Origin: a virus
Taxonomy: Duplodnaviria; Caudoviricetes
Length of the DNA stretch: 64,000 bases
Direction: 5' to 3' (one strand)
IMG/VR virus record: IMGVR_UViG_3300026549_000895
Span: 175,831 to 239,830 of that record
Below, piece after piece: positions 9,539 through 19,961 of this stretch (the stretch's first letter is position 1; each line of letters opens with the position of its first letter). Both the position numbers and the translations under genes were made by a program. The notes beneath the pieces were generated by a model. The model worked only from the letters and a program-made list of their open reading frames with translations. It was not told the DNA's origin and ran no database searches.

Positions 9539-9584
9539 CCCCGCGCCAGCGGGGGAAAGGGGGAGGGGGCTATGGGGGAGGGGG
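9539..9584 (+). other. G-quadruplex-type tract (5 x G5) with an overlapping GC hairpin; candidate origin or packaging element
   Basis: GGGGG-aaa-GGGGG-a-GGGGG-ctat-GGGGG-a-GGGGG in a ~390-nt intergenic gap. Confidence 0.6.
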
Positions 9585-9628
9585 AATCCCTGGGAAGATT
9601 TTTATTTTTTGTAATGAAAGAATTCAAA

Positions 9629-9642
9629 AACGAGTGGATAAT
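9629..9642 (+). promoter_or_regulatory. Putative late promoter AACG-N6-TAAT
   Basis: Upstream of the head operon. Confidence 0.5.
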
Positions 9643-9691
9643 TTGATTAATATACTATTATTATATTATTATCAAAATTAAAATTTTAATT

Positions 9692-12600
9692 ATGAAAGGA
9701 ATGAGTTTAATGTCAGACACAAAGTTTGTTTTTTCTGGGAACTTTGAGAAGCAAATAGATTTATTGTGTAAAGCATATGATAAATTGTATACTGCTTTGA
9801 ATGGTTTGAAGAATGAAAAGTTTGGGAATTATGGTTTGTGTTGTGTTGACTATGGTTTCCGAATTATCAGACCTTCTGATGTTGCTACTTATGTAGATTA
9901 TCTTCTGAAGATGATGCAGAGTAGACAGTTGGATTTTGGCAGTCCTACTGATTTGAATGTGTTCAATGTATCTTTTGTTAAGAAGGTACTGAAAGAGAAC
10001 GGTTCTGATTCATTAGAGAAAGCAATGGAAAATGCTTGTGGTTTGAGTTGGATTAATCCTAAGAGAACGAATCTTGATAATGTACGTAGTATGCTTGAGA
10101 GAGAATGCTTTAGGACGATGATTTATTCAAACTGGGAAATGATGAAGAGAGTTCGTAGTGATCAGTTTGAGAGTGATTTGAAACTGATTTCGGATATGGG
10201 TTTTGTTCGTACAATGAAGAACGTTGTGAATGCAATACCTGGAATCCTGAATGGAGACGATTACTTCAAGGGAATTGGTAATTCACACTTGGTGGATCTG
10301 GTTCGTGTTAATATTGAAGAAATGATTATCTTCGTATTTGCTTTGAATATTCGAACAATGATGAGCATGAAGAGATATGGCTCACCTCGTTCTTCTTATG
10401 ATGTACCTTCTTCATCTCACGAGGTACTGAATTTCAATGAGAGTGTTGATGTGTCGAAATGCAGACCTGTATTCATTGTTCTGACTGAAGGCAAGACTCC
10501 TTTGATGTCAGCTGGTATTCGTCATATTACCCATTCGAACTTCACTCATGTTTCAATTGGATTTGATCCTTCTTTGAACAAAATGTATTCTTTCGGCGGT
10601 CCTTATCAGGGTGATGAGTATTCATCTGATTCTTTCGGTTGTAGAATAGAATCAATGGGAGACGGTGTACTGGCTGACAAATACGTCAAAGTGTTTGTTT
10701 GTTGGATATCTGCTGATTCGGTTTATAAGATGATGGAAACTTGCGAAGATTTCATCAATAACCAATCTGATACTCGTTTCAATTGGAGTATGATTCGTAA
10801 CTTCGTACTCGGTATCGATAAGGACATGGGAAGTGATAAGTATCATCAGATCTGTTCTTCTTTCGTGAACTTGCTGTTCAAGAACGTCGGAATTCAATTG
10901 TTCGATGATAAGAATGTACCTTCGCCTGTTGACTATGAAAACATGGTTGATGATAACAAAGATAAGTTTGTTCAGATCTACTATGGTAAGGCATCGGGTT
11001 ATTCCGACAAATACTTCGTGATCGCGGATAAGTTCGCAACAAAGAAGAAGTCACAACAGTTCGATGATGTAGTGACCGAGTGTTGTTTGTTGAAGACGAA
11101 CAGATTCGTATTTTCCAACAAGATTCCGTATAACTGCAACTTCCGTGATATCGTGTGCAACGATATGCATCCTCACTTCAAAGATACCAAGTCGGCTTTG
11201 ATGTACATTCTCGGAAATGTTGATTCTCCAATTTGTATGCTGTTGACTGAATATGCTTCTCAACAGGCAATGGATATACTGATGAATGGCAATGCGGTGG
11301 ATTCTTCATTCTTGAAGATGATAACAAGAGTGTGTCCTTATGATTCTTCATATGTTGATCATCATGAATTCAAGAAATACACAACAACCGATACCGAGGA
11401 TGACTACTATAAGAAGTGGCACAATATCGGTATGCAGACTGATCCGAACTGGCTCGACAAGATTGCATATGGCAACAACTTTCTTGACGGTAATTACCGT
11501 CGCGATGCTATGGGCACTGGTAATTCAATGCCCATTGCGAATACACTCGATATGATCTGGAAGATGTATTCTGTGGATTCTTGCGACAATAAGACTCTTG
11601 CTGATAACATTTGCAAGATAGGTGGTTTGATGCTGAACATCATAAAGGTATATTCCCAAAACAGACTTCCCAACTGGGAATTCGTTCGTGATGTTCTGAG
11701 TGTTCTTGGTGAATTGTTGACTCGTTCAATGCTTCATTTGTATGCTAATAACACCGAAATCATTTCGCTGTCTGATACAATGGAAGATACCAATGATCCT
11801 GGTTATATGTATTCTGAAGCATTCTATATTATGGAAGCTGACGATAACAATCAACAACAACAATCCAATGGTGGTAAAGTTCAAGGTGCAACCATTGCTG
11901 GTGACACTTCTAAACCTGGTGCTGTTGGTGGTGCATTAGCCAGTGCGAAAGCCGCTGCTAAATCATTCCTTAAGTGGGTTATAAAGGCATTCGGTCATAT
12001 CGTTGAAGATTTCAAAAATCGTCATGTCAATGAAATGAACGCTGTCTTGAAGGATAACGCTGAAATCAACGATAAAATCTCTGCGGCCGTTGGAAAGGAT
12101 TATACTGTAACATTGAACGGTTTCCGCAATTATGATTTCAAACCCGACGTTGTTAAGGGATTATTCTCATCGGTTGCTGAATTCATGGATCCCAAGAGAT
12201 TTGGTGATAAGGAATATTCAGCTGCAAATGTGCTTGCAGAAGCATATTCGAAAACACTTAGTCAAGCAACAATTTCTCCGGATGAAATGAAGGATGATAA
12301 GAAGCGTGCTGAAGCATTGGTAACTTGGGCACTGCACGGAAAGTATCCTTATAAACCCGATCAGGATAATTCGAGTAAAAGGCTTGATAATGAAACATGG
12401 AATAATATTGTTAACAGTCTGAAAGATTTCTCCAATAACCAGAAGCTTGTAGCTGACCAGTTCAAGAATGATCTTGATAATGTCGGTAAGAAGGTTGAGG
12501 CTCAAACAACCGATGAGAAGAATTCCGCTAATGTAAATAAGGAAATTCTTACAAAACTCTCATTGGATTCTGCGGCTATTCAGACTGCATTGATGAAACA

Positions 12601-12784
12601 GTTCTTCAAGTTCAATTACGAGACTTATTCGAATATTGTAAACAACTTCAAGTCCAAGGGTGAGTCTTCATCTTCTGATAACAACAATAATGAACAACCT
12701 AAGACGGAAGGTACTGATGAAGTTTCTGCTGATACAGGTGCTGATGCTTCTAATAACAATAATGCTCAGCCTAAGGAACAATAA
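9692..12784 (+). CDS. Putative internal head polyprotein containing a permuted papain-like (YaeF/YiiX-type) amidase domain
   Basis: FTHVSIGF (His) precedes QICSSFV (Cys); FNES, VTE and IMEA motifs; true start probably ATG 9710 after SD aaagga. Confidence 0.7.
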   Translation: MKGMSLMSDTKFVFSGNFEKQIDLLCKAYDKLYTALNGLKNEKFGNYGLCCVDYGFRIIRPSDVATYVDYLLKMMQSRQLDFGSPTDLNVFNVSFVKKVLKENGSDSLEKAMENACGLSWINPKRTNLDNVRSMLERECFRTMIYSNWEMMKRVRSDQFESDLKLISDMGFVRTMKNVVNAIPGILNGDDYFKGIGNSHLVDLVRVNIEEMIIFVFALNIRTMMSMKRYGSPRSSYDVPSSSHEVLNFNESVDVSKCRPVFIVLTEGKTPLMSAGIRHITHSNFTHVSIGFDPSLNKMYSFGGPYQGDEYSSDSFGCRIESMGDGVLADKYVKVFVCWISADSVYKMMETCEDFINNQSDTRFNWSMIRNFVLGIDKDMGSDKYHQICSSFVNLLFKNVGIQLFDDKNVPSPVDYENMVDDNKDKFVQIYYGKASGYSDKYFVIADKFATKKKSQQFDDVVTECCLLKTNRFVFSNKIPYNCNFRDIVCNDMHPHFKDTKSALMYILGNVDSPICMLLTEYASQQAMDILMNGNAVDSSFLKMITRVCPYDSSYVDHHEFKKYTTTDTEDDYYKKWHNIGMQTDPNWLDKIAYGNNFLDGNYRRDAMGTGNSMPIANTLDMIWKMYSVDSCDNKTLADNICKIGGLMLNIIKVYSQNRLPNWEFVRDVLSVLGELLTRSMLHLYANNTEIISLSDTMEDTNDPGYMYSEAFYIMEADDNNQQQQSNGGKVQGATIAGDTSKPGAVGGALASAKAAAKSFLKWVIKAFGHIVEDFKNRHVNEMNAVLKDNAEINDKISAAVGKDYTVTLNGFRNYDFKPDVVKGLFSSVAEFMDPKRFGDKEYSAANVLAEAYSKTLSQATISPDEMKDDKKRAEALVTWALHGKYPYKPDQDNSSKRLDNETWNNIVNSLKDFSNNQKLVADQFKNDLDNVGKKVEAQTTDEKNSANVNKEILTKLSLDSAAIQTALMKQFFKFNYETYSNIVNNFKSKGESSSSDNNNNEQPKTEGTDEVSADTGADASNNNNAQPKEQ

Positions 12785-12805
12785 AAAAGAAAGGAGTTAA
12801 AGAAT

Positions 12806-13663
12806 ATGCCACTTAAGTCAACTCAAACAAACAAATACGAAACCGCATGTTTCGTACAGGAAGCTGGAGTAGGAGCAAACATGGACAGAGGAACTCTTAA
12901 GATTCTTAAGAATAAATCTGATGGCCGTCCATATTGTAAATTCGATTCCGTACTGTGGTCATTCGCTGGTAAGAATAGAATGGGAAGATTCTATGATATC
13001 AATAATGCAAAGGCATGTATTAATAACGACACCAGAATCCAGAAGTTGAAATCCATCAACAAATGGAGAGGAGAACTGAATCATCCTAATCCGGACATCA
13101 AAGGACAGGAATTCAACTCTATCAGAATGACTATTCCTGAGCAGACCAGAACCTCTCACTTCATAAACAAGGATAGATTCGATGGTCTTCAGTACAAGGC
13201 TGAGATTACTACAAATGGTGCTAATACCGAATGTGGCAATCAGGTAAACTGGGAAATCATTGATAATGGTTCAGTACCGGATTTCTCTGTACGCCTTATG
13301 GGAATTATGATTCCTAATGCTCCTATGGGTAGACCGAATATGAGAGTCAACAGAGTCATTACTTTTGACATGGTTGATTTCCCTTCACACGAAGATGCTG
13401 AAGCAGATATCAAACCTGTTCAGGAATCAGCTGACATTTGTAAGATTATATTCCTTCAGGATCTGGCAAAGTACTGTGTTGAACAGTCTGAGAATCTCAG
13501 ATGTGTATGTGAATCATTTGAAATTACTCCTGAGGAAGTATATGGAATCAGAGATGGTTCTATTGAAATTCATCAACGCGACTCTTCTAAGATTCTGATT
13601 CCTATGGAGAAGCAGATCAGAAGAGAAGCTATCTCAATTATTCTTGGAAAGGGGATTCTGTAA
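12806..13663 (+). CDS. Prohead (capsid maturation) protease, T4 gp21-like
   Basis: GELNHP, FSVR and ITFDMVDFPSH motifs; located upstream of the capsid gene. Confidence 0.85.
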   Translation: MPLKSTQTNKYETACFVQEAGVGANMDRGTLKILKNKSDGRPYCKFDSVLWSFAGKNRMGRFYDINNAKACINNDTRIQKLKSINKWRGELNHPNPDIKGQEFNSIRMTIPEQTRTSHFINKDRFDGLQYKAEITTNGANTECGNQVNWEIIDNGSVPDFSVRLMGIMIPNAPMGRPNMRVNRVITFDMVDFPSHEDAEADIKPVQESADICKIIFLQDLAKYCVEQSENLRCVCESFEITPEEVYGIRDGSIEIHQRDSSKILIPMEKQIRREAISIILGKGIL

Positions 13664-13666
13664 TTT

Positions 13667-16618
13667 ATGAAGATTTATGATATGCTTTCATACCATCAGA
13701 ACGAGGTCCCTGAAATTGCAAAGACAAGACTGTCTGGAATCATTTCCTTCTTAAAAGAAAAGAATCTTCTTGTGAATGATAACGTCAATCTGGCCTCGAG
13801 TCAGATTGACGAAACCATTCTGAATGAGAAGGGTAAAGCTTTTCTTGATACTGCAATGGAAGTTGTCAGAAATATAAAGGTTGACGAGTTAAGATCAACT
13901 CTTGACAAACTCTATGATCAGTTCCAGCGTGCATATGGTAAGAACATTATGGAGAATGCAATCGTTGCCGAAGCTTCTTATTTTTCTAATATAGAAACTG
14001 CCATCAAATCAATCAACGATTATTTCTCTTCTGATTTTAAGAATCAGAACTTTCCGATGCTGAATGATGACTTTGAACTTGATTCAAATATTCAATCATT
14101 CATCAATACATTCAAGAAGATTCCTCCGACTTGGATATCCAATCCGGATGAAATCGAGAACGCTATAAGTGTAATTCTTGAAGAGCATGAAAAGAATACA
14201 TCTGAGCAGTCTACTTATTCAAAGCTCGTTGCTGAGAATAAGACTGAGATTGTTGATCTGATTGAATCTTTCATTGCTTATAAGAAGCTTCAGTTCATAG
14301 CTGATAACTTCGATGACTTCCAGAATATAATTCAGGGAATTTATTCACTTAAGATTTTCACAAATCCTATGGATTTCAAAGAAGCTATTCAGAAGATGCA
14401 GACAGTTAGCATTGATGAAATATCTGATATATTCGAAGAGGATGAGATAGATCCTTCTATCATAACTCCTACAAGAATTGCAAATTCTGTATTCGATAAT
14501 AACAATCAGATTACTCTTCCTTCTTCTCTTATCAAGGAAGATGAAATCAAACGTATGAATGATTTCCGTCCTCTTCAGATGGATATCGTAATAAACGATG
14601 TTCCTGTTGATGAATACTATGTTCAGGAAGCAGCGGAAGTCAATTACTTCAAGGAAATAAAACCTGTCGACATCAAGTACAACGCTGGTTCAGACAGATT
14701 TGAAATTTCCAAACAACTCAAATCTCAAATCAAGAATTTGATTTCCGGAATCGAAGCTTGCAATACAACAGAGGATCTTAATAAATTCTTCTCTGAATAT
14801 GGAGATCCTTCTGATATGATTAAGACCAATTTCCCATTCCTCCTCAGTAAAGTATTCTGGAATAAGAAGAAATACACTAAGGAGATTGAGGAAAAGAAGA
14901 TTCTTCAGGATTACATTGGATCTTATTCATCTATCGCAAACAAGAACAAGGGTGCAAGAAGATTCATTTCATATGATCTTTACACATTATTCAAGACAGA
15001 CAAGGAAGGAACAATTCAGTTCTTGAAGGATTTCCTGTATCTTGATCTGTATAACAACAAGGAAGTTGTTATCTCTAATAATGTAGCTCTTGCTATATTC
15101 AACATCTTCGATTCTCATATCTATTTCGATATTCTTTATAATGTATCCGGAAAGTCTGATGTGACTAATTCCGAATTCATCAAAGAATCCAGAAAGAGAA
15201 TCAATAAGAATTCTCATGAAGCGAAGCCTTACGACAACGGCGAGAATGAAACAAAACCGAAGAAGGAAACTTCCAAAGAGATTCATGAATACGCTGTTGC
15301 ACGTTTCAATGCAATGGGAGATATTGACATTGCAGATATGCAATACTGCGAAGGATACAGAGACATCCTCATGGATGAAATTCTTTGCTTTGAAGATGCT
15401 GCTTACAATGCAAATCTGTCACAGCAGGCTATTACAAAATACATCGGTGAATCATATGACGTTGTACAGGAAGTAATTCAGGGAGTTATTCCTGATTACA
15501 TGCAGAACAGAATAGCTGTTTCTGATGAAGAGAATGGTGGTCATAATGAACCTAACATTCAGCCTGTAGATCTTCCTCCGGATATTCCTACAAATCCGAT
15601 TGATGAACTTGCTGGTTCAATCAATGCTAAACTCGATATCGATGGTGACATCGAACAGAAGCTTGGTACTGGATATGAGAATAATCCGAACAGAGACAGG
15701 AATGCTTCTCACGTTGTTTACAATATTACGAACAACTACAACAATTCCTTCAATAAACATTCGGATTCTCATAATACAACTTCTTACGATCTTTCTTCTA
15801 ATAAGAGAGATTCACACAACACTGTATATGATCTTTCGTCAAAAACTAATGCGAAGGATTCATACAATAAAAATGTTCCGATTCGTCGAACAAAGAACAA
15901 CACTAAAGGTAATGTATCATCATCTGGAATAAACAGTGAAAAGAACGGTGGACACGATGATTTAGTCAAACTCGAATCAGGTTTGTCTGTTCAGGAAATG
16001 TTCGCTTTTCTCGAAGCTGCAGAGCCCCAAACCAATGAAGATACATCAGCGACACCGAACAAAGCAAAACCTCCAAAGGATGATGCTTTGACAAAAGCTA
16101 TGGACAAAGATCGTGAAACTCTGGCTAAGCAAGAGGAAGCGAAAAAGAAAGTCCAGAAGGCTGTCAACACAGGACGCGCTATCAAGAAACCTTTCACTCG
16201 CACAAAGAAGTGGTTGATCAAAATGGTTGACTCGTGCATTGAAAGAGATGAGAATGCTGTTAAGGCACAAATCATCGAAAGTAAATCTTATCGCACAGCT
16301 CTTTACAAAGCAACACGCTTGGCATTGAAGCTTGGTCTTACAGCTATAGCATTTACTATTTCAGGATATCTTGGAGCGGCTTACCTCGTAATTCAAGGTG
16401 CAAAACTTGCCGACCGCGAAAGACTTCGCAAAGAAGTTGGAGAAGAGTTCGGTACTGAGATCGAAATTCTCAATAAGAAGATCGAGCAAGCTGAAAGAGA
16501 GAATACTCCTGAATCTCGTAAGCAAATGTATCAGATGATAAGAATGCGTAATAAGATGATTCGAATAGCAAGTTCGGCATCAAAGAGCCATTTCGCAAGA
16601 CCTAACAATGTTTCGTAA
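13667..16618 (+). CDS. Large putative internal head/ejection protein with a C-terminal hydrophobic hairpin
   Basis: Between protease and capsid; YVQEA, VVQE, SVQE, FLEA motifs; hydrophobic LGLTAIAFTISGYLGAAYLVI segment. Confidence 0.7.
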   Translation: MKIYDMLSYHQNEVPEIAKTRLSGIISFLKEKNLLVNDNVNLASSQIDETILNEKGKAFLDTAMEVVRNIKVDELRSTLDKLYDQFQRAYGKNIMENAIVAEASYFSNIETAIKSINDYFSSDFKNQNFPMLNDDFELDSNIQSFINTFKKIPPTWISNPDEIENAISVILEEHEKNTSEQSTYSKLVAENKTEIVDLIESFIAYKKLQFIADNFDDFQNIIQGIYSLKIFTNPMDFKEAIQKMQTVSIDEISDIFEEDEIDPSIITPTRIANSVFDNNNQITLPSSLIKEDEIKRMNDFRPLQMDIVINDVPVDEYYVQEAAEVNYFKEIKPVDIKYNAGSDRFEISKQLKSQIKNLISGIEACNTTEDLNKFFSEYGDPSDMIKTNFPFLLSKVFWNKKKYTKEIEEKKILQDYIGSYSSIANKNKGARRFISYDLYTLFKTDKEGTIQFLKDFLYLDLYNNKEVVISNNVALAIFNIFDSHIYFDILYNVSGKSDVTNSEFIKESRKRINKNSHEAKPYDNGENETKPKKETSKEIHEYAVARFNAMGDIDIADMQYCEGYRDILMDEILCFEDAAYNANLSQQAITKYIGESYDVVQEVIQGVIPDYMQNRIAVSDEENGGHNEPNIQPVDLPPDIPTNPIDELAGSINAKLDIDGDIEQKLGTGYENNPNRDRNASHVVYNITNNYNNSFNKHSDSHNTTSYDLSSNKRDSHNTVYDLSSKTNAKDSYNKNVPIRRTKNNTKGNVSSSGINSEKNGGHDDLVKLESGLSVQEMFAFLEAAEPQTNEDTSATPNKAKPPKDDALTKAMDKDRETLAKQEEAKKKVQKAVNTGRAIKKPFTRTKKWLIKMVDSCIERDENAVKAQIIESKSYRTALYKATRLALKLGLTAIAFTISGYLGAAYLVIQGAKLADRERLRKEVGEEFGTEIEILNKKIEQAERENTPESRKQMYQMIRMRNKMIRIASSASKSHFARPNNVS

Positions 16619-16635
16619 TAGAAAGGACGATTGTT

Positions 16636-17220
16636 ATGGATGACATTTTCCATTTCATTATGGAAGCAGAGGGTGATGACGAAGTAGCTTCGTTTGATGT
16701 TGGGGGCGAGGATACTTCTTCGCCACAAGTAGATGCATCTGGCGAAGAACAATCACCCGATGCTGACAGTCCACCACCTATGGCTGACGGAGGGGATGAA
16801 ATTCCTGCCTTCGATGATTCTCAGGATATGGGTGGTGAAGAAGATTCCCTTGGTGATGGGGATCAAGAAACGGAAGAAGAGAATCCTGATAAAAAGGATG
16901 GTAAACTTTCAGAGAAGGTAAGTAATATTCTGAATCAACAGTTATATTCTACTTTACTGAACAAAAATCTTGAAATTGAGAATACTATTAATAGTATAAA
17001 CGATCTCAATTCAGCGCTTCCGTATGATATAATTAATAAAAATGAAGAGCCTCTTCGAAAGTTAAAAGCAGCTTTGTCCAGAGGACAGACATATGCAATC
17101 GATTCTTTCATCGATAATAAGTACGGAGAAAATAGAATGTTCTATCAAAAGTTAGATGCAGTCTATACTCTGTTACTGGATGAATTGAATACTAACTTGA
17201 AGAAGGTTCAGACAAATTAA
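16636..17220 (+). CDS. Acidic head protein (scaffold/core-like)
   Basis: Very acidic N-half with FIMEA; directly before the capsid gene. Confidence 0.6.
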   Translation: MDDIFHFIMEAEGDDEVASFDVGGEDTSSPQVDASGEEQSPDADSPPPMADGGDEIPAFDDSQDMGGEEDSLGDGDQETEEENPDKKDGKLSEKVSNILNQQLYSTLLNKNLEIENTINSINDLNSALPYDIINKNEEPLRKLKAALSRGQTYAIDSFIDNKYGENRMFYQKLDAVYTLLLDELNTNLKKVQTN

Positions 17221-17239
17221 ATCGAAAGGAATGATTTGA

Positions 17240-19336
17240 ATGGCATACAGCCGTACAAGAAATGGTGCTCCTTCATGGTATCAGGAAACTGCCGAGATAC
17301 TCGACAAGTTCCCGAAGGAAGAGTACGAAGGTCTCAACTCCAATGAATTCGATCAGCGACTCGAAGACACAGGAAAGTTCATCAAGGAACATTATGACAT
17401 CGACATTCGTCAGGACTTCGGACGAATGATAAAGAACAAGCCTCTTATGGCCGACTACAAGCAGCAGTTCCTCAATCCTGTTCTTGATGCATACAGAAAC
17501 TATCCTACTGACAATGCGGACGTTAAGTGTCACCTTGAGCAGGTTGCTAAGGAGCTCGAAGAGGCTTGGGATCAGACTGTTGAAACCGGAGTTGTACAGG
17601 AGGCTTATACAACAGCTCAGTACCTCCCGCTTACTACAATGGACTATCCTGCTCTCGTAAAGCAGTTCATCCGCTTCCTCGGTAAGGATCTTATTCCGAT
17701 TCAGACTGCTAACAACACTACACTTGAGCAGCGTATCTTCACAAAGTACCTTGTAAACAATCAGACTGGTGAGGAGTACGAGGTTCCCCGTATTTACTTC
17801 GAGACTGATCCCGACGGCACTCCTGCTTGGAGAAAGATCTGGAATGCAGGTAAGGGCTGGAGATTCAACAACCATACTGTTCTTCCTGTTGCTACTATTC
17901 AGGCTGCTACAAACAAGCAGTACAGCGTATACAACTGGATCCTCAACGATGCAGGTGAAGCTTCTACTCTTGCAACTGTATCAAAGCTTCCTGAGTTCAG
18001 AGCACGTGTTGCTTATGACTTCAAGATCAAGTATGTTCAGGTTACAACCGGCTCTGGTGCTTCTGCTGCGACTAAGAAGGTTCGTCTCCCTGGCAACGGT
18101 GTTGAGATCGACATTCAGTCTGGTGGTAACTTCATCGGCGCCGTAATTACAGAGAACATGGTTCTTCCTGTAGTTACTGAGTGGATCGCTCCTACAAAGG
18201 AAGCTCCTAACCCTGACAACAGCAAGTTCAATATGCCTACTGGTGAGACCGTTACAGGTATCTCTGATAAGGTATCTGGTTTCATCGACTACACAAAAGG
18301 CAAGCTCACTGTTTCTACTTGTGGCGTAATCACAGGTGTATACATTGAGGGTCACGTATCTAACGAAACTAACACAAGAACAATCGGCTTCCGTGAGTAT
18401 CCTGAAATCAGAAAGTTCACAATTTCTGATGGATGCCGCTTCCAGCTCCCGTTCACTGTAGAGGACTTCGCTGAGGCAAACAAGAACCTCAACTTCAACC
18501 TCTACAATCGTCAGGTTCAGCAGCTCGTTATGAACTCTGAGTTCTTCGAGGATCAGTCTATCCTTGATTACCTCGATGCTAACTTCAAGGAGTACGACGG
18601 TTATGCTTCTGATGCATTCAACCTCGAGAGCTACAACCACACTGAGTTCGCTGATCTCGATCCTACTGCTATTTCTCCTACATTCAGCGGTAACCCGTTC
18701 GAGTACAGAAGCGATGCTATTTACAACGCTACAGATTCTGTAATCTACGAGCTTTGCGACAGAGGCAAGCTTGACAACCTCGGATTCGTTGTATATGCAA
18801 ATCCGAAGGCTTGCAGACTTCTCCAGAAGTATGTTTCTTGGACAACTACTAAGGGAACAGACATCGGCGGCGTTCAGATGAACCATGCATTCGGCATGAT
18901 CAAGGATTCTTCTGTTCCGATCCGTGTTGTATCTTCTAACAGAGTACCTGCTTACATCACTCTTGATGCTACAAAGGTATATGATGATGCTACAGCTGGT
19001 CAGCTTACAAAGGAATACTTCTTCAAGATCGTTGCTTACCCGATGGATAAGCACCACATCACATTCAAGCACCTCCGTTTCGCTCGTCACCTTACTAACT
19101 CTCCTGAGAACGCTGCATATGCAGATGCTCAGAATCCGGGCGGCGCAGCTGTAATGGTTACAGTATCCAGCCAGTATGAGACAATCTCTATTCAGGGTAT
19201 CCAGGGTCGTGTTATCTGCAAGAACACTAAGCTCGTTCCTGATACTCTTGCTGGTGTGTATACACCTACTAACAACAATCAGCAGAGCAGCGGCGGCCAG
19301 AACCAGGGTACCGACACAGGTAACGGTGGTAACTAA
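17240..19336 (+). CDS. Major capsid protein precursor
   Basis: 698 aa; strong codon bias; position after protease; ~121-aa N-region ending VVQE-A. Confidence 0.85.
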   Translation: MAYSRTRNGAPSWYQETAEILDKFPKEEYEGLNSNEFDQRLEDTGKFIKEHYDIDIRQDFGRMIKNKPLMADYKQQFLNPVLDAYRNYPTDNADVKCHLEQVAKELEEAWDQTVETGVVQEAYTTAQYLPLTTMDYPALVKQFIRFLGKDLIPIQTANNTTLEQRIFTKYLVNNQTGEEYEVPRIYFETDPDGTPAWRKIWNAGKGWRFNNHTVLPVATIQAATNKQYSVYNWILNDAGEASTLATVSKLPEFRARVAYDFKIKYVQVTTGSGASAATKKVRLPGNGVEIDIQSGGNFIGAVITENMVLPVVTEWIAPTKEAPNPDNSKFNMPTGETVTGISDKVSGFIDYTKGKLTVSTCGVITGVYIEGHVSNETNTRTIGFREYPEIRKFTISDGCRFQLPFTVEDFAEANKNLNFNLYNRQVQQLVMNSEFFEDQSILDYLDANFKEYDGYASDAFNLESYNHTEFADLDPTAISPTFSGNPFEYRSDAIYNATDSVIYELCDRGKLDNLGFVVYANPKACRLLQKYVSWTTTKGTDIGGVQMNHAFGMIKDSSVPIRVVSSNRVPAYITLDATKVYDDATAGQLTKEYFFKIVAYPMDKHHITFKHLRFARHLTNSPENAAYADAQNPGGAAVMVTVSSQYETISIQGIQGRVICKNTKLVPDTLAGVYTPTNNNQQSSGGQNQGTDTGNGGN

Positions 19337-19414
19337 CAACGGCGGTACAGGCTGATGAGTCTGAAATAATACAATAATAAATATTGTGTCTCTCTTTCTG
19401 TCTATTAATTACAT

Positions 19415-19440
19415 TATCCCCCGGCTTAAGCCGGGGGATA
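19415..19440. terminator. Palindromic, probably bidirectional terminator
   Basis: tatcccccggcttaagccgggggata between convergent genes. Confidence 0.75.
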
Positions 19441-19448
19441 CTTGTAAT

Positions 19449-19910
19449 TTACTGTACAACAAAATCCATGCTTTCTATGACAGCTGCTACTTTCATGATG
19501 ATATATTTACGATCAACATTTGGATATGTCATGCAAACTGCAATAACGATTTCATCAAATTCTGTTTTTGGAACTATATTTCTATCTTGATTCATTTTTA
19601 TATGCAAATTAACATGTTCCGCAATTGTTTCTGTTATCATCTTTGAAAGCTGTGGTAATGGCATAATTTGTTCCTTAGATTTTTCTTCAATGTATTCTAA
19701 GGATTTAGTCACACTCGTTTGTAATGTTTCGGCACAGTCGGTGATACTTAACGTATTCTCATCAACTTCGTTTTTCATCAGATGAATATTATAACTCATT
19801 TGACTGATTTTGATTGTCAATACATTCAATCTCCAGATGAAAGTAATAAGAAGGATTGAGAAGAATGCAAAGACAGCGATTGCAATACATAATAGGGTAA
19901 ATAAATTCAT
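19449..19910 (-). CDS. Membrane-anchored coiled-coil protein
   Basis: N-terminal hydrophobic helix; SD aaggag. Confidence 0.7.
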   Translation of the reverse strand: MNLFTLLCIAIAVFAFFSILLITFIWRLNVLTIKISQMSYNIHLMKNEVDENTLSITDCAETLQTSVTKSLEYIEEKSKEQIMPLPQLSKMITETIAEHVNLHIKMNQDRNIVPKTEFDEIVIAVCMTYPNVDRKYIIMKVAAVIESMDFVVQ

Positions 19911-19961
19911 AACAAAGACTCCTTTAAATAAAAATTTATGTACGAATAGGTGGTATGTATT

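Noticed and set aside
9294-9627. 66-aa (+) and 75-aa (-) ORFs in the intergenic gap
   Set aside because: They cross a terminator or the G-tract and have no SD
17273-19339. Long antisense ORFs (200 and 452 aa) over the capsid gene
   Set aside because: Shadow of strong codon bias; no SD and no protein-like motifs
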